A DNA stretch of 34,805 nt, from positions 1 to 34,805 of the forward strand of contig CALVVI010000002.1 of assembly GCA_944363815.1 (NCBI GenBank). Direction: 5' to 3'. Of the stretch, positions 18,987 to 28,501 are shown one piece after another. The stretch's first letter is position 1, and every line of letters starts with the position of its first letter. Below the pieces are notes generated by a model. It did not search any database. It was given only the letters and a program-made list of their open reading frames with translations, and was not told where the DNA came from. Made by a program: the position numbers and the translations under genes. The stretch is from an uncultured Bacilli bacterium. Lineage in GTDB: Bacteria > Bacillota_I > Bacilli_A > RF39 > UBA660.

Positions 18987-19703
18987 ATGAAAAAAATAAT
19001 TATTTTATTATTAGGAATTTTTTTGATTGGTGGCTGTAGCAAAGATGAAAATACACTTGTCATGGCTACAGAAGCGGGATTTGCTCCCTATGAATATTAC
19101 GAAAATAATGAAATCGTAGGAGTAGATGTTGATATAGCTAAAGAAATAGCTGCGGCAATGGGAAAAGAATTAGTGATTAAAGATGTAGCTTTTGATTCAA
19201 TTATTAATGAAGTAAAAAGTGGTAAAGCTGATTTTGGTGCTGCTGGTATTAGTTATAGTGATGAAAGAGCAGAAGAAGTAGATTTTACCATAAACTATAC
19301 AACCTCTAAACAAATTGTAGTAGTTAAAGAGGATAGTAATATTACAAACGATGATTTAGCTAACTTAAAAATAGCAGTCCAACTTGGAAGTGTTGGTGAT
19401 ACCTATGTTACCAAAAATTATCCTAATGCCCAAATTACCCGTCAAAAGAAGTATTTGGCGGCTATTCAAGATTTATTGACTGATAAAGTAGATTGTGTTG
19501 TTATGGATGAATTACCAGCCATAGAAATACTAAAAAATAATTCTGGGCTTAAAATATTAGATCAAGAACTATTTACAGATAGTTATGGTATGATTGTTAA
19601 AAAAGGCAATACTGAATTATTAAATGCGATTAATGAAGTGTTAAAAAAATTAGTTGAAGAAGGAAAGATAGAAGAATTTGTTATAAAACATTCTGAAGGG
19701 TAA
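18987..19703 (+). CDS. Polar amino-acid ABC transporter substrate-binding lipoprotein (family 3 SBP)
   Basis: The lipobox LIGGC follows the signal peptide MKKIIILLLGIFLIGGCS. The sequence is typical of family 3 SBPs (GFAPYEY, DVDIAKEIA, SGKADFGAAGIS). RBS AAGGTAGG. Confidence 0.88.
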   Translation: MKKIIILLLGIFLIGGCSKDENTLVMATEAGFAPYEYYENNEIVGVDVDIAKEIAAAMGKELVIKDVAFDSIINEVKSGKADFGAAGISYSDERAEEVDFTINYTTSKQIVVVKEDSNITNDDLANLKIAVQLGSVGDTYVTKNYPNAQITRQKKYLAAIQDLLTDKVDCVVMDELPAIEILKNNSGLKILDQELFTDSYGMIVKKGNTELLNAINEVLKKLVEEGKIEEFVIKHSEG

Positions 19704-19705
19704 TC

Positions 19706-20392
19706 ATGAATTTATTTGAAAATTTATATAAAACGCTAATATATGATAATCGCTATCTATTTTTCTTAGAAGGAATTAAAAACACTCTAATAATCGCCTT
19801 TTTTGCTGGAATAATTGGTGTAATAATTGGGATAATTATTGCTTTAATAAAAAACTATCATGAAAAAACTAATAAATTAAAAATCTTAAATTTTCTGGCA
19901 TCATGCTATGTAAATATCATTAGAGGAACTCCAACAATTCTTCAACTTATGATAATTTACTATGTCATATTTGCAAGTGTTGAAATAAACATTGTCTTTG
20001 TTGGTATTCTTGCTTTTGGTATTAATTCTGGAGCTTATGTTTCAGAAATAATTCGGGCCGGAATAAACTCAATTGATAAAGGACAAATTGAAGCTGGCAG
20101 TTCATTAGGATTAAATTACCCTCAAATTATGCACTATATTATCATGCCTCAAGCTATTAAAAATATTTTGCCAGCTTTAGGTAATGAATTTATTACTTTG
20201 GTAAAAGAAACTTCTGTTGGAGCTTATATCGGTATCATTGAACTTACTAAAGCATCTGATATTGTTGCTTCAAGAACTTATGAATATTTCTTCCCTCTTA
20301 TAATTGCAGCAATAATTTATTTAATAATAACATTCTGCTTATCAAAATTGATAAGTATAATGGAAAGGAAACTAAATAATGCTAATAGTTAA
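19706..20392 (+). CDS. Polar amino-acid ABC transporter permease (HisM/GlnP-like)
   Basis: It is multi-TM and has an EAA-loop region [43 protein letters not shown]. It starts 2 nt after the SBP stop. Confidence 0.88.
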   Translation: MNLFENLYKTLIYDNRYLFFLEGIKNTLIIAFFAGIIGVIIGIIIALIKNYHEKTNKLKILNFLASCYVNIIRGTPTILQLMIIYYVIFASVEINIVFVGILAFGINSGAYVSEIIRAGINSIDKGQIEAGSSLGLNYPQIMHYIIMPQAIKNILPALGNEFITLVKETSVGAYIGIIELTKASDIVASRTYEYFFPLIIAAIIYLIITFCLSKLISIMERKLNNANS

Positions 20393-21101
20393 AAATTTAG
20401 AAAAAAATTTTGGTAAAACAAAAGTATTAAAAAATATCAATTTAGAAATAAATGAAAAAGAAAGAGTAGTAATTATTGGCCCGTCTGGCTGTGGAAAATC
20501 AACATTACTTCGTTGTATTAATCAAATAGAAAAACCGACAAAAGGAAAAGTTTTATTTGAAGGAATACCTCTAGATGATAAGAAAACTGATATCAATAAA
20601 ATAAGAATAAAGATGGGCATGGTCTTTCAACAATTTAACTTATTTCCTCATTTGAAAGTAATTGATAATATAATTTTAGCTCCAGTAAAGTTAAAATTAA
20701 TGAGCAAAGAGGATGCAATTAAAAAGGGAAAAATGCTTTTAGATAAAATTGGCTTAGCCGAAAAATTAAATAATTATCCTAAAGAATTATCTGGAGGTCA
20801 ACAACAAAGAGTAGCTATTATTAGAGCATTGATGTTAGATCCTGATTTATTATTATTTGATGAACCAACGTCGGCGTTAGATCCCGAAATGAAACAAGAG
20901 GTTTTGGAACTAATGAAAAATCTAGGTGCATCAGGGCTAACTATGATTGTCGTAACTCATGAAATGCAATTTGTAAAAGAATTTGCTACTCGGGTAATAT
21001 TTATTGATGAAGGAAAAATAGTAGAAGAGGGAAAACCTAACGACTTATTTAATCATCCTAAATCATTAAGACTAAAAGAATTTTTAAATAACATCAACTA
21101 A
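20379..21101 (+). CDS. Polar amino-acid ABC transporter ATP-binding protein (GlnQ-like)
   Basis: Walker [10 protein letters not shown], signature [15 protein letters not shown], and Walker [13 protein letters not shown] are present. It overlaps the end of the permease gene by 14 nt. Confidence 0.93.
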   Translation: MLIVKNLEKNFGKTKVLKNINLEINEKERVVIIGPSGCGKSTLLRCINQIEKPTKGKVLFEGIPLDDKKTDINKIRIKMGMVFQQFNLFPHLKVIDNIILAPVKLKLMSKEDAIKKGKMLLDKIGLAEKLNNYPKELSGGQQQRVAIIRALMLDPDLLLFDEPTSALDPEMKQEVLELMKNLGASGLTMIVVTHEMQFVKEFATRVIFIDEGKIVEEGKPNDLFNHPKSLRLKEFLNNIN

Positions 21102-21124
21102 ATGTTAAAAAAACAATTAAATGG

Positions 21125-21152
21125 TTTAAATAAATTTTATTTGTGGTATAAT
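21125..21152 (+). promoter_or_regulatory. Extended -10 promoter upstream of arcA
   Basis: TGgTATAAT lies at 21144-21152. The -35 is poor (TTTAAA at 21125-21130). RBS AAGGAGG is at 21164-21170. Confidence 0.45.
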
Positions 21153-21174
21153 TAATTTAAAATAAGGAGGATAT

Positions 21175-22416
21175 ATGAGTGCAATTAATGTAACAAGTGA
21201 GATAAAACCACTTAAAGAAGTGTTGGTCCATCGACCTGGAAAGGAATTATTAAATTTAACTCCCGATACTCTTCATCGTTTGCTTTTTGATGATATACCT
21301 TACTTAAAGGTTGCTCAAGCTGAACACGATGAATTTGTTCAAATTTTGAGAGATAACGGGGTAAAAGTTTATTATCTTGAAGATTTGATGGCTGAAACAT
21401 TAGATTTTAATCCCGAAATTAAAAAGAAATTCTTACGGCAATTTATTGCGGAAGCTGGTGTAAATACACCTAAGTACCGGGATTTAGTTTTCGACTATTT
21501 AATGAACATTGAAGATAGTAAAGAATTTGTTTTAAAAACTATGGAAGGTGTTCAAATATATGAATTAGATCGCAATAAAAGAGTAATGGAAAAGTCTCTA
21601 GTAGACCTAGTTACTGATGAAACAGATTTTATTGTTGAGCCAATGCCTAATCTATATTTTACAAGAGACCCATTTGCTAGTGTCGGTAATGGTATAGTTT
21701 TAAATAAAATGTATTCTGTTACTAGAAGTAGAGAAACAATTTATGCGGAATATATATTCAATTATCACCCTAAATTTCAAGGTGAAGTTGAGAATTATTA
21801 CGACCGTTATTATGATTGGCATATTGAAGGTGGGGATGTCCTAAATTTAAATGATCACATTTTAGCTATTGGTATTTCCCAAAGAACTGAAGCTGGAGCG
21901 ATTGATAAATTAGCTAAAAATTTATTTAAAAATCCTAATTGTAAGATTGATACAGTTTTAGCTTTTAATATTCCAGAATCCCGAGCTTTTATGCATCTAG
22001 ATACAGTATTTACGCAAATTGATATTGATAAATTTACTTATCACCCAGGAATTATGAAAACTTTACAAGTATTTGAAATTACAGAAGGCAATGATCCCAA
22101 CAGTAATGAAGATTTAAATGTTAAAGAGATAAATGATTCTCTTGAAAATATTTTAAGTCATTATTTAGGAATTCCAGTTACACTAATTCCTTGTGCTGGC
22201 GGTGATGATGTGGCTTCCCAAAGAGAACAATGGAACGATGGAACTAATACTTTGTGTATCGCTCCCGGAGTTGTTGTAGTTTATAACCGTAATAACATTA
22301 CTAATGAAGTTTTAAGAGTTCATGGTATTAAAGTTATTGAAATGTCTAGTGCTGAACTTTCACGTGGTCGTGGTGGCCCTAGATGTATGAGTATGCCACT
22401 TTCTCGGGAGGATTAA
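21175..22416 (+). CDS. arcA: Arginine deiminase
   Basis: 413 aa. The sequence is typical ADI ([22 protein letters not shown]), with the C-terminal catalytic Cys in [10 protein letters not shown]. Confidence 0.95.
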   Translation: MSAINVTSEIKPLKEVLVHRPGKELLNLTPDTLHRLLFDDIPYLKVAQAEHDEFVQILRDNGVKVYYLEDLMAETLDFNPEIKKKFLRQFIAEAGVNTPKYRDLVFDYLMNIEDSKEFVLKTMEGVQIYELDRNKRVMEKSLVDLVTDETDFIVEPMPNLYFTRDPFASVGNGIVLNKMYSVTRSRETIYAEYIFNYHPKFQGEVENYYDRYYDWHIEGGDVLNLNDHILAIGISQRTEAGAIDKLAKNLFKNPNCKIDTVLAFNIPESRAFMHLDTVFTQIDIDKFTYHPGIMKTLQVFEITEGNDPNSNEDLNVKEINDSLENILSHYLGIPVTLIPCAGGDDVASQREQWNDGTNTLCIAPGVVVVYNRNNITNEVLRVHGIKVIEMSSAELSRGRGGPRCMSMPLSRED

Positions 22417-22417
22417 T

Positions 22418-23416
22418 ATGAATTTAAAAGGACGTAATTTCTTAAAGTTATTAGATTTTTCCTCAGAAGAAATCCGCTATTTATTAGATTTAAGTAAGGA
22501 TTTTAAAGAAAAAAAGAAAAATCATGTCAAGCATGAATATCTAAAAGGGAAAAATATAGTTTTGCTTTTTGAAAAGACTTCGACAAGAACGCGTTGCGCT
22601 TTTGAAGTAGCTTCCCATGATTTAGGTATGGGGGTAACTTATTTAGAACCAGGTAGTTCTCAAATGGGAAAAAAAGAAAGTATTGAAGATACTGCTAAAG
22701 TTTTGGGAAGAATGTATGATGGTATTGAATATCGGGGATTTGCTCAAAGTAATGTCGAAATCCTAGCAAAAAATGCTGGAGTTCCAGTATGGAATGGCTT
22801 AACAACTGAATTTCATCCAACTCAAATGCTTGCTGATTTAATGACTATTGAAGAAAATTTTGGCTATTTAAAGGGACTTAATTTAGTTTTTTGCGGCGAT
22901 GGCCATAACAATGTTGCCAATTCCTTAATGGTTGCGTGTGCCAAAATGGGTCTAAATTTCACTTTAGCAGCTCCAGAGTCTCTTAGGCCTGATGCTGATT
23001 TAGTTGCCATATGTGAAAATATCGCCGAAGGAAATTCTGCTAAGGTAACTTTTACTGATGATATAATGGAAGCTACCAAAAATGCTGATGTGATTTATAC
23101 TGATGTATGGGTATCGATGGGTGAAGCTGATGAAGTTTGGCAAGAACGAATTGAATTACTTCAAAAATTTCAGGTAAATAGTAAGGTTTTTGCTAACGCA
23201 AATCCCAATGCCATATTTCTCCATTGCTTGCCATCATTTCATAACTTAGACACAACAATTGGCAAAGATATTTACCAAAAATTTGGTTTAAAAGAAATGG
23301 AAGTAACAGATGAAGTATTTAAATCTAGCAAATCCAAAGTGTTCGATGAAGCTGAAAACAGGATGCATACTATAAAAGCTGTTATGTATGCGACTCTTGG
23401 AGAAAATAATGAGTAA
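22418..23416 (+). CDS. arcB: Ornithine carbamoyltransferase (catabolic context)
   Basis: STRTR carbamoyl-phosphate motif, HPTQ, DVWVSMG and HCLP motifs are present. It starts 1 nt after the arcA stop. Confidence 0.95.
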   Translation: MNLKGRNFLKLLDFSSEEIRYLLDLSKDFKEKKKNHVKHEYLKGKNIVLLFEKTSTRTRCAFEVASHDLGMGVTYLEPGSSQMGKKESIEDTAKVLGRMYDGIEYRGFAQSNVEILAKNAGVPVWNGLTTEFHPTQMLADLMTIEENFGYLKGLNLVFCGDGHNNVANSLMVACAKMGLNFTLAAPESLRPDADLVAICENIAEGNSAKVTFTDDIMEATKNADVIYTDVWVSMGEADEVWQERIELLQKFQVNSKVFANANPNAIFLHCLPSFHNLDTTIGKDIYQKFGLKEMEVTDEVFKSSKSKVFDEAENRMHTIKAVMYATLGENNE

Positions 23417-24350
23417 AATAGTTATTGCTTTAGGGGGTAATGCTCTAGGTAATACTCCTGAAGAACAAATGGATAAATTAGAACGTGTTGCTAAAGTAAT
23501 AGTTAAATTAATTAAGGAAGGAAATAAAATAGTGCTTACACATGGTAATGGACCTCAAGTAGGGCAAATTGCCTTAGCAATGGAATATGCACATCAAGGT
23601 AGTATTAACACTCCTTTAATGCCATTTGCTGAGTGTGGTAGCATGTCTCAAGGTTATATCGGTTACCAATTACAACAAGCTTTGCAAGATGAAATGGAAA
23701 GACAAAAAGTAAAAAAAGATTGTGTAACCGTCATAACACAAGTCCTTGTTGCTGCAAATGATCCAGCGTTTCAAAATCCTACTAAACCAATCGGAGCTTT
23801 TTATTCAAAAGAGCAAGCTGATGAGTTAACTAAAATGAAAGGCTATACATTTGTTAGTGATGCAGGACGTGGTTTTCGGAGAGTTGTACCATCTCCAAAG
23901 CCTATAGATATAATCGAAAGTCGCGCAATAAAGAAATTAGTCGATGACGATATTGTGGTAATTGCTGTCGGTGGTGGTGGCATACCAGTTATAAAAAATG
24001 ATAAGAAAGAATTACTAGAAGGGGTTGATGCTGTAATCGATAAAGATTTATCGAGTGCCTTATTAGGAGAATTGATAGATGCAGATATTTTATTGATACT
24101 AACAGCTATTGATAAAGTATACTTAAATTTCAATACACCAGAGCAGAAAGCCTTAGATATTTTAACAACTACTGATGCTAGAAAATATATTCAAAATGAC
24201 GAGTTTGCCAAAGGAAGCATGTTACCTAAAGTAGAAGCCTGTATTAAATTTGTCAACTCTTCAAAAAAACTAGCAGTTATTACATCATTAGATGAAGCAG
24301 CCGAAGCACTGTCTAGTAATGTTGGTACAAAAATTGTAGGAGGAAATTAA
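23409..24350 (+). CDS. arcC: Carbamate kinase
   Basis: [22 protein letters not shown] and GGGGIPV motifs are present. ATG 23409 overlaps the arcB stop by 8 nt. The ORF-track start at 23388 lies inside arcB and was rejected. Confidence 0.93.
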   Translation: MSKIVIALGGNALGNTPEEQMDKLERVAKVIVKLIKEGNKIVLTHGNGPQVGQIALAMEYAHQGSINTPLMPFAECGSMSQGYIGYQLQQALQDEMERQKVKKDCVTVITQVLVAANDPAFQNPTKPIGAFYSKEQADELTKMKGYTFVSDAGRGFRRVVPSPKPIDIIESRAIKKLVDDDIVVIAVGGGGIPVIKNDKKELLEGVDAVIDKDLSSALLGELIDADILLILTAIDKVYLNFNTPEQKALDILTTTDARKYIQNDEFAKGSMLPKVEACIKFVNSSKKLAVITSLDEAAEALSSNVGTKIVGGN

Positions 24351-25801
24351 TGGCAAAAAAGAAAAGAAAATTTATGCTCTCAGCATTCTCAATTATCTTC
24401 ATATTGATAATTGCTTTGGCAATATTATCTCATGTATTGCCTGATGCTAAGTTTGTTGGCGATGTAATTGTCGATGGTAGTGGTACAGTAGGAGCTACTA
24501 TTTCTGATTTTTTACTTTCACCAATCTTAGGATTTAGTGATGCTGTAGATGTTTGTGTCTTCGTTTTAATTTTAGGTGGATTCTTAGCAATTGTCACTAA
24601 AACGGGGGCACTTGAAACGGGAATTAAGGTTTTGGTAAAGAAATTAAAAGGAAATGAATTAGTATTAATTCCAATATTAATGCTTATCTTTTCTATAGGG
24701 GGTACTACTTATGGAATGCTAGAAGAAACCGTAGGATTTTACGTTTTATTAGCAGCAACCATGGTAGCAGCAGGAATGGATACTTTAGTTGGTTCGGCAA
24801 TTGTCTTGCTAGGAGCAGGTTCAGGTGTACTAGGTTCAACAGTAAATCCATTTGCAGTTGGTGCTGCTGTAAGTAGTCTTCCAGAAGGAGTTACTGCTAA
24901 TCAAGGATTATTGATTTTTACTGGATTACTTCTTTGGATTACAACCCTTGTAATAGCAATTGTTTTTGTAATGAATTATGCTAAAAAGGTTCAAGAAGAT
25001 AAAGGTTCAACATTTTTATCTTTACAAGAACAAAAAGCAATGGAAAAGAAATTTGCTGCTCAAATTGAAGGGGCTAAAGATAAAACAAAAGATGTTAAAT
25101 TAACTGGTAAACAAAAAGTTACATTGATATTATTAGGTTTAACATTTATAGTAATGATTATTGGTTTCATCCCTTGGGGAGACTTCAATGTAACAATTTT
25201 TGATAAATTTACTGGTTGGTTAACAGGTACACCTCTTGGTGGTTGGTATTTTGCTGAAGCATCAGTGTGGTTCTTTGTAATGGCTATCGTAATAGGTATT
25301 ATAAATAGAATGAAGGAAAAAGAAATCGTCGATACATTTATTGATGGCGCTAATGATATGATTTCGGTTGTTTTAATTATTGCAGTTGCACGTGGAGCAA
25401 GCGTCTTAATGAGTGTTACGTACTTAGATAATTATATTATTTATAATGCTGCAAATTGGCTTTCTAATTTACCAGAACTAGCCTTCGTGCCTTTAAATTA
25501 TTTACTACATGTTGTATTATCAATTTTAGTTCCGTCATCTAGTGGACTTGCAGTATTATCAACTCCAATTATGGGAGGACTTGCTAGTACTTTGGGTTAT
25601 GGAGTAGAAACAACGATTATGACTTTTGTTTCTGCCAATGGTCTAGTTAACTTAATTACTCCAACTTGTGGAGCAATCATGGGAGGATTAGCTTTAGCTA
25701 AAGTAGAATATACTACCTGGTTTAAATGGGCCTTTAAAATAGTAGTTACAATAGCTATTGCCAATATTTTAATATTAGAATTGATAACTCTAGTATTTTA
25801 A
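24350..25801 (+). CDS. YfcC/DcuC-fold permease, putative arginine/ornithine antiporter of the ArcD (TC 2.A.118) type
   Basis: 483 aa with about 11-12 TM helices. The N-terminal pattern (KFMLSAFSIIFILIIALAILSHVLP...) and the GGF..IV.KTGA segment are typical of YfcC proteins. Its ATG overlaps the arcC TAA (TAATG at 24348-24352). The substrate assignment is inferred from the operon context. Confidence 0.7.
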   Translation: MAKKKRKFMLSAFSIIFILIIALAILSHVLPDAKFVGDVIVDGSGTVGATISDFLLSPILGFSDAVDVCVFVLILGGFLAIVTKTGALETGIKVLVKKLKGNELVLIPILMLIFSIGGTTYGMLEETVGFYVLLAATMVAAGMDTLVGSAIVLLGAGSGVLGSTVNPFAVGAAVSSLPEGVTANQGLLIFTGLLLWITTLVIAIVFVMNYAKKVQEDKGSTFLSLQEQKAMEKKFAAQIEGAKDKTKDVKLTGKQKVTLILLGLTFIVMIIGFIPWGDFNVTIFDKFTGWLTGTPLGGWYFAEASVWFFVMAIVIGIINRMKEKEIVDTFIDGANDMISVVLIIAVARGASVLMSVTYLDNYIIYNAANWLSNLPELAFVPLNYLLHVVLSILVPSSSGLAVLSTPIMGGLASTLGYGVETTIMTFVSANGLVNLITPTCGAIMGGLALAKVEYTTWFKWAFKIVVTIAIANILILELITLVF

Positions 25802-25830
25802 AGACAGAAAAATCTTGATAAATGTGTGAA

Positions 25831-25855
25831 AAAAAGCAAATATTGCTTTTTTTTA
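25831..25855 (+). terminator. Weak AT-rich hairpin plus T-run after the ADI operon
   Basis: AAAGCAA (25833-25839) pairs with TTGCTTT (25843-25849) across a 3-nt loop, followed by a T-run to 25854. Confidence 0.4.
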
Positions 25856-25894
25856 TTGAGATTGAGTGTTATAATTTTGTTAAGGAGGTAGAGA

Positions 25895-27676
25895 ATGAAA
25901 AAGGTATTTGAAAAACATGGAATGTTAAAATCAATTGGTGTGGTTTTAGATATTATTGGTATAATATTAATAATTTGTTCCATTCCAGTATCTAATGAAG
26001 TAGCTATAACTACTTTACGTTTAACTGGAATACTAAGTGTTATTTTAGGTACTTATGGTATTTTGTTTAAAAATTTAAAAGAAAAGTATTCTAAATTAGG
26101 ATTAGTTGGTACAATTTTATTAGCAATTACCTGTATTCTAATAGCAATATCAGCATTTATCGATGAAACAAATCAAGATTTAGTTAATCCTGATATGGCT
26201 CTAAAATTAATCGGTATGGCTTCTTTTGTCATCGGTGGCTTAATGTTAGCTTTGACATCCAAAGAACACCGTTTAATTAAATCATTGATGGTTATAGTTT
26301 TAGCAACTTTAATATTCTCATGGTTAGTTCCTTATGGTTATTTCCAAGGAGCAGATTTCTATGAATATGGTATGCAACGCATCGGAATTGTCGATGTTAG
26401 TATAGCAATGTATAATGCCCTATATTACAGTGTAGATAAAGTAGTATTTCTATTTGTTTTAGCTGGATTTTATGGCGTATTATCTAAAGTTGCTGGTTAC
26501 CAACGTTTGGTAACTAAACTTGCTGAAAAGTTGGAAAATCATCCAATTTTAGTATCTGTAATAATGTCTGTATTACTATTTGTAATGACATCATTATTTG
26601 GCCAAACTTTGATGGTTTTATTATTTGTTCCATTCTTTATTTCAATATTGTTAAATATGAATATTGATAAATTGACAGCTTTTGCTGTTACATTTGGTTC
26701 TGTTTTAGTAGGTATCCTTGGTGCTACTTATGGAACTGAAGGTTTAACAATGTTTAATTACTATAATGGAATAGATTTATCAGTTGGCCTTACATATCGT
26801 TTTATCATTGCTGCTGTTTCACTTGTTTTATATAATTTCTTTATATGCATGCGTATTAAAAAAATAACATCAGCAAGTAAAAAGAATAGTAAGAATACTG
26901 ATATTGAAGACGATCCATTTAAAGTTGAGGTTACAAAGAAAAAAGTTAGTGTTATACCAGTAGCTATTGTCTTAATTATATTAGCTGTAATTACAATATT
27001 ATGTTATATTGGCTGGAATACTAACTTCGGTATTACGATATTTACAGAATTCCATGAATGGCTAATCAATTTAGCACCAACAGAAGACTTCTTGATAATG
27101 AGCTATATTCTTGGTAATAATGCTCAAGCTTTCGGAGAATACACATATGTATTTGCATTATGTAGCACATTAGTTTTAGCAGCTGGTTTAATAGCTTATT
27201 TATATCGTATGAAGTTAAATGATTTTATTGAATCATTCTTTAATGGCGCTAAAAAAATGTTTAAACCAATAGTTTATGTTGTTGCAGTTTATTTAGTATT
27301 TGGTCTTTGCTATAATACTCCATTTATTGCTACAATCACTAATTGGTTATACAATTTAGTTGAAGGCTTTAATCCATACTTAACTTCATTAATGGCATTT
27401 ATTACTTCAGTATTCCATAATGATTTAGGATTTACAAGCTTTGCAGTTGGTTCATTCTTAACAAGTGCATTCTCAGCTAATATTGATTTAGTTCATGTAA
27501 TCTATACTTCAATGTATGGAATTGTTCAAATATTCATGCCAACAAGTTTCATGTTAGTCCTAGGCTTATCACTTATGAAACTAGACTATAAAGAATGGCT
27601 TAAGTATATTTGGTTATTCATTGTTGGCTTGATCATCATACTACTAGTATTATTTACAGTAGTTGCTTATATTTAG
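25895..27676 (+). CDS. Second, divergent YfcC-family permease with an extra ~125-aa, ~4-TM N-terminal extension
   Basis: 593 aa, polytopic. From LIKSLMVIVLATLIFSWLVPYGYF onward it follows the YfcC layout (VVFLFVLAGFYGVLSKVAGY parallels the GGF..I..KTGA segment of the upstream paralog). RBS AAGGAGG. An extended -10 TGtTATAAT lies at about 25867-25875. Confidence 0.6.
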   Translation: MKKVFEKHGMLKSIGVVLDIIGIILIICSIPVSNEVAITTLRLTGILSVILGTYGILFKNLKEKYSKLGLVGTILLAITCILIAISAFIDETNQDLVNPDMALKLIGMASFVIGGLMLALTSKEHRLIKSLMVIVLATLIFSWLVPYGYFQGADFYEYGMQRIGIVDVSIAMYNALYYSVDKVVFLFVLAGFYGVLSKVAGYQRLVTKLAEKLENHPILVSVIMSVLLFVMTSLFGQTLMVLLFVPFFISILLNMNIDKLTAFAVTFGSVLVGILGATYGTEGLTMFNYYNGIDLSVGLTYRFIIAAVSLVLYNFFICMRIKKITSASKKNSKNTDIEDDPFKVEVTKKKVSVIPVAIVLIILAVITILCYIGWNTNFGITIFTEFHEWLINLAPTEDFLIMSYILGNNAQAFGEYTYVFALCSTLVLAAGLIAYLYRMKLNDFIESFFNGAKKMFKPIVYVVAVYLVFGLCYNTPFIATITNWLYNLVEGFNPYLTSLMAFITSVFHNDLGFTSFAVGSFLTSAFSANIDLVHVIYTSMYGIVQIFMPTSFMLVLGLSLMKLDYKEWLKYIWLFIVGLIIILLVLFTVVAYI

Positions 27677-27700
27677 AGTTCAATTTGAACTCTTTTTCTT
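27675..27700 (+). terminator. Rho-independent terminator
   Basis: AGAGTTCAA (27675-27683) pairs with TTGAACTCT (27685-27693), followed by TTTTCTTTT. Confidence 0.75.
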
Positions 27701-27755
27701 TTAAATAAATTATATTTAAGGTATAATATAAATATACTAAATAAATAGGGGAAAT

Positions 27756-28466
27756 ATGAAAAGTATAAATAATGTTAAAAATTTTATTACACGTCTAAAT
27801 AATTTATGTGTTCAAAATAACACAACAATATTTACATGCCTTAATGCCTTAAATATGTCATTTGAGGAATTTTGTGACATTTTAGGAATTGATACATCTT
27901 TACTAGATTCTAATACTACCGAAGTATTATTAAGTTTGCTAAAAGATCCAAGCACCAAAATTTCTTATAATCATGGAATGACCTCTTTAGAACAAACTGA
28001 AATTAGTATCTATTCTAAAACTTCAAATATTAATTTTGGCTATTTAAAAGATAAAATAAAAATTACCTGGGATAGATCATATACCAAAGAAGGAAAAGAA
28101 TACTATCAAATGGAATTTTTAGCTACCCAAAAGGAAGAAGAAAGTCTAAAAACAATCCATTTTAGTAGTGATGTAATATTTAACTTAAAAGAAGCAAATG
28201 ACCATAATTTATCTTTAAACTTTCCTCTGAAACACGTTAATTTAAAAATTAACTATATTACAAGTTCGTTAAATCATGAACCAATTAATAATCAAGATTT
28301 TCAAATAACAATTAATCAGGACATGCTTTATAGTGATTTGCAAAATATTTATCGAATGTTATATAATTTTAATTACCCTTTAGCTTTAAGTGTTTTAAAA
28401 CTTTATCCATCGTCGATGAAAATTATTGGAACTTCTTCAGAAATGAATAATTTTCTTAATAGATAA
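27756..28466 (+). CDS. Hypothetical protein, possibly with an N-terminal HTH-like region
   Basis: 236 aa with RBS AGGGGA. The N-terminus FITRLNNLCVQNNTTIFTCLNALNMSFEEFCDILGID is loosely XRE-HTH-like. The rest is unrecognisable. It lies 35 nt upstream of the clpC-like gene. Confidence 0.55.
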   Translation: MKSINNVKNFITRLNNLCVQNNTTIFTCLNALNMSFEEFCDILGIDTSLLDSNTTEVLLSLLKDPSTKISYNHGMTSLEQTEISIYSKTSNINFGYLKDKIKITWDRSYTKEGKEYYQMEFLATQKEEESLKTIHFSSDVIFNLKEANDHNLSLNFPLKHVNLKINYITSSLNHEPINNQDFQITINQDMLYSDLQNIYRMLYNFNYPLALSVLKLYPSSMKIIGTSSEMNNFLNR

Positions 28467-28501
28467 ACATTATTTACATAGAATTAAGTAAGGAGGATTC
28501 T

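Noticed and set aside
25798-25983. A 61-aa minus-strand ORF across the arcD-like/second-permease intergenic region
   Set aside because: It covers the hairpin, the promoter-like element and the RBS of the plus-strand gene. It has no independent coding support.
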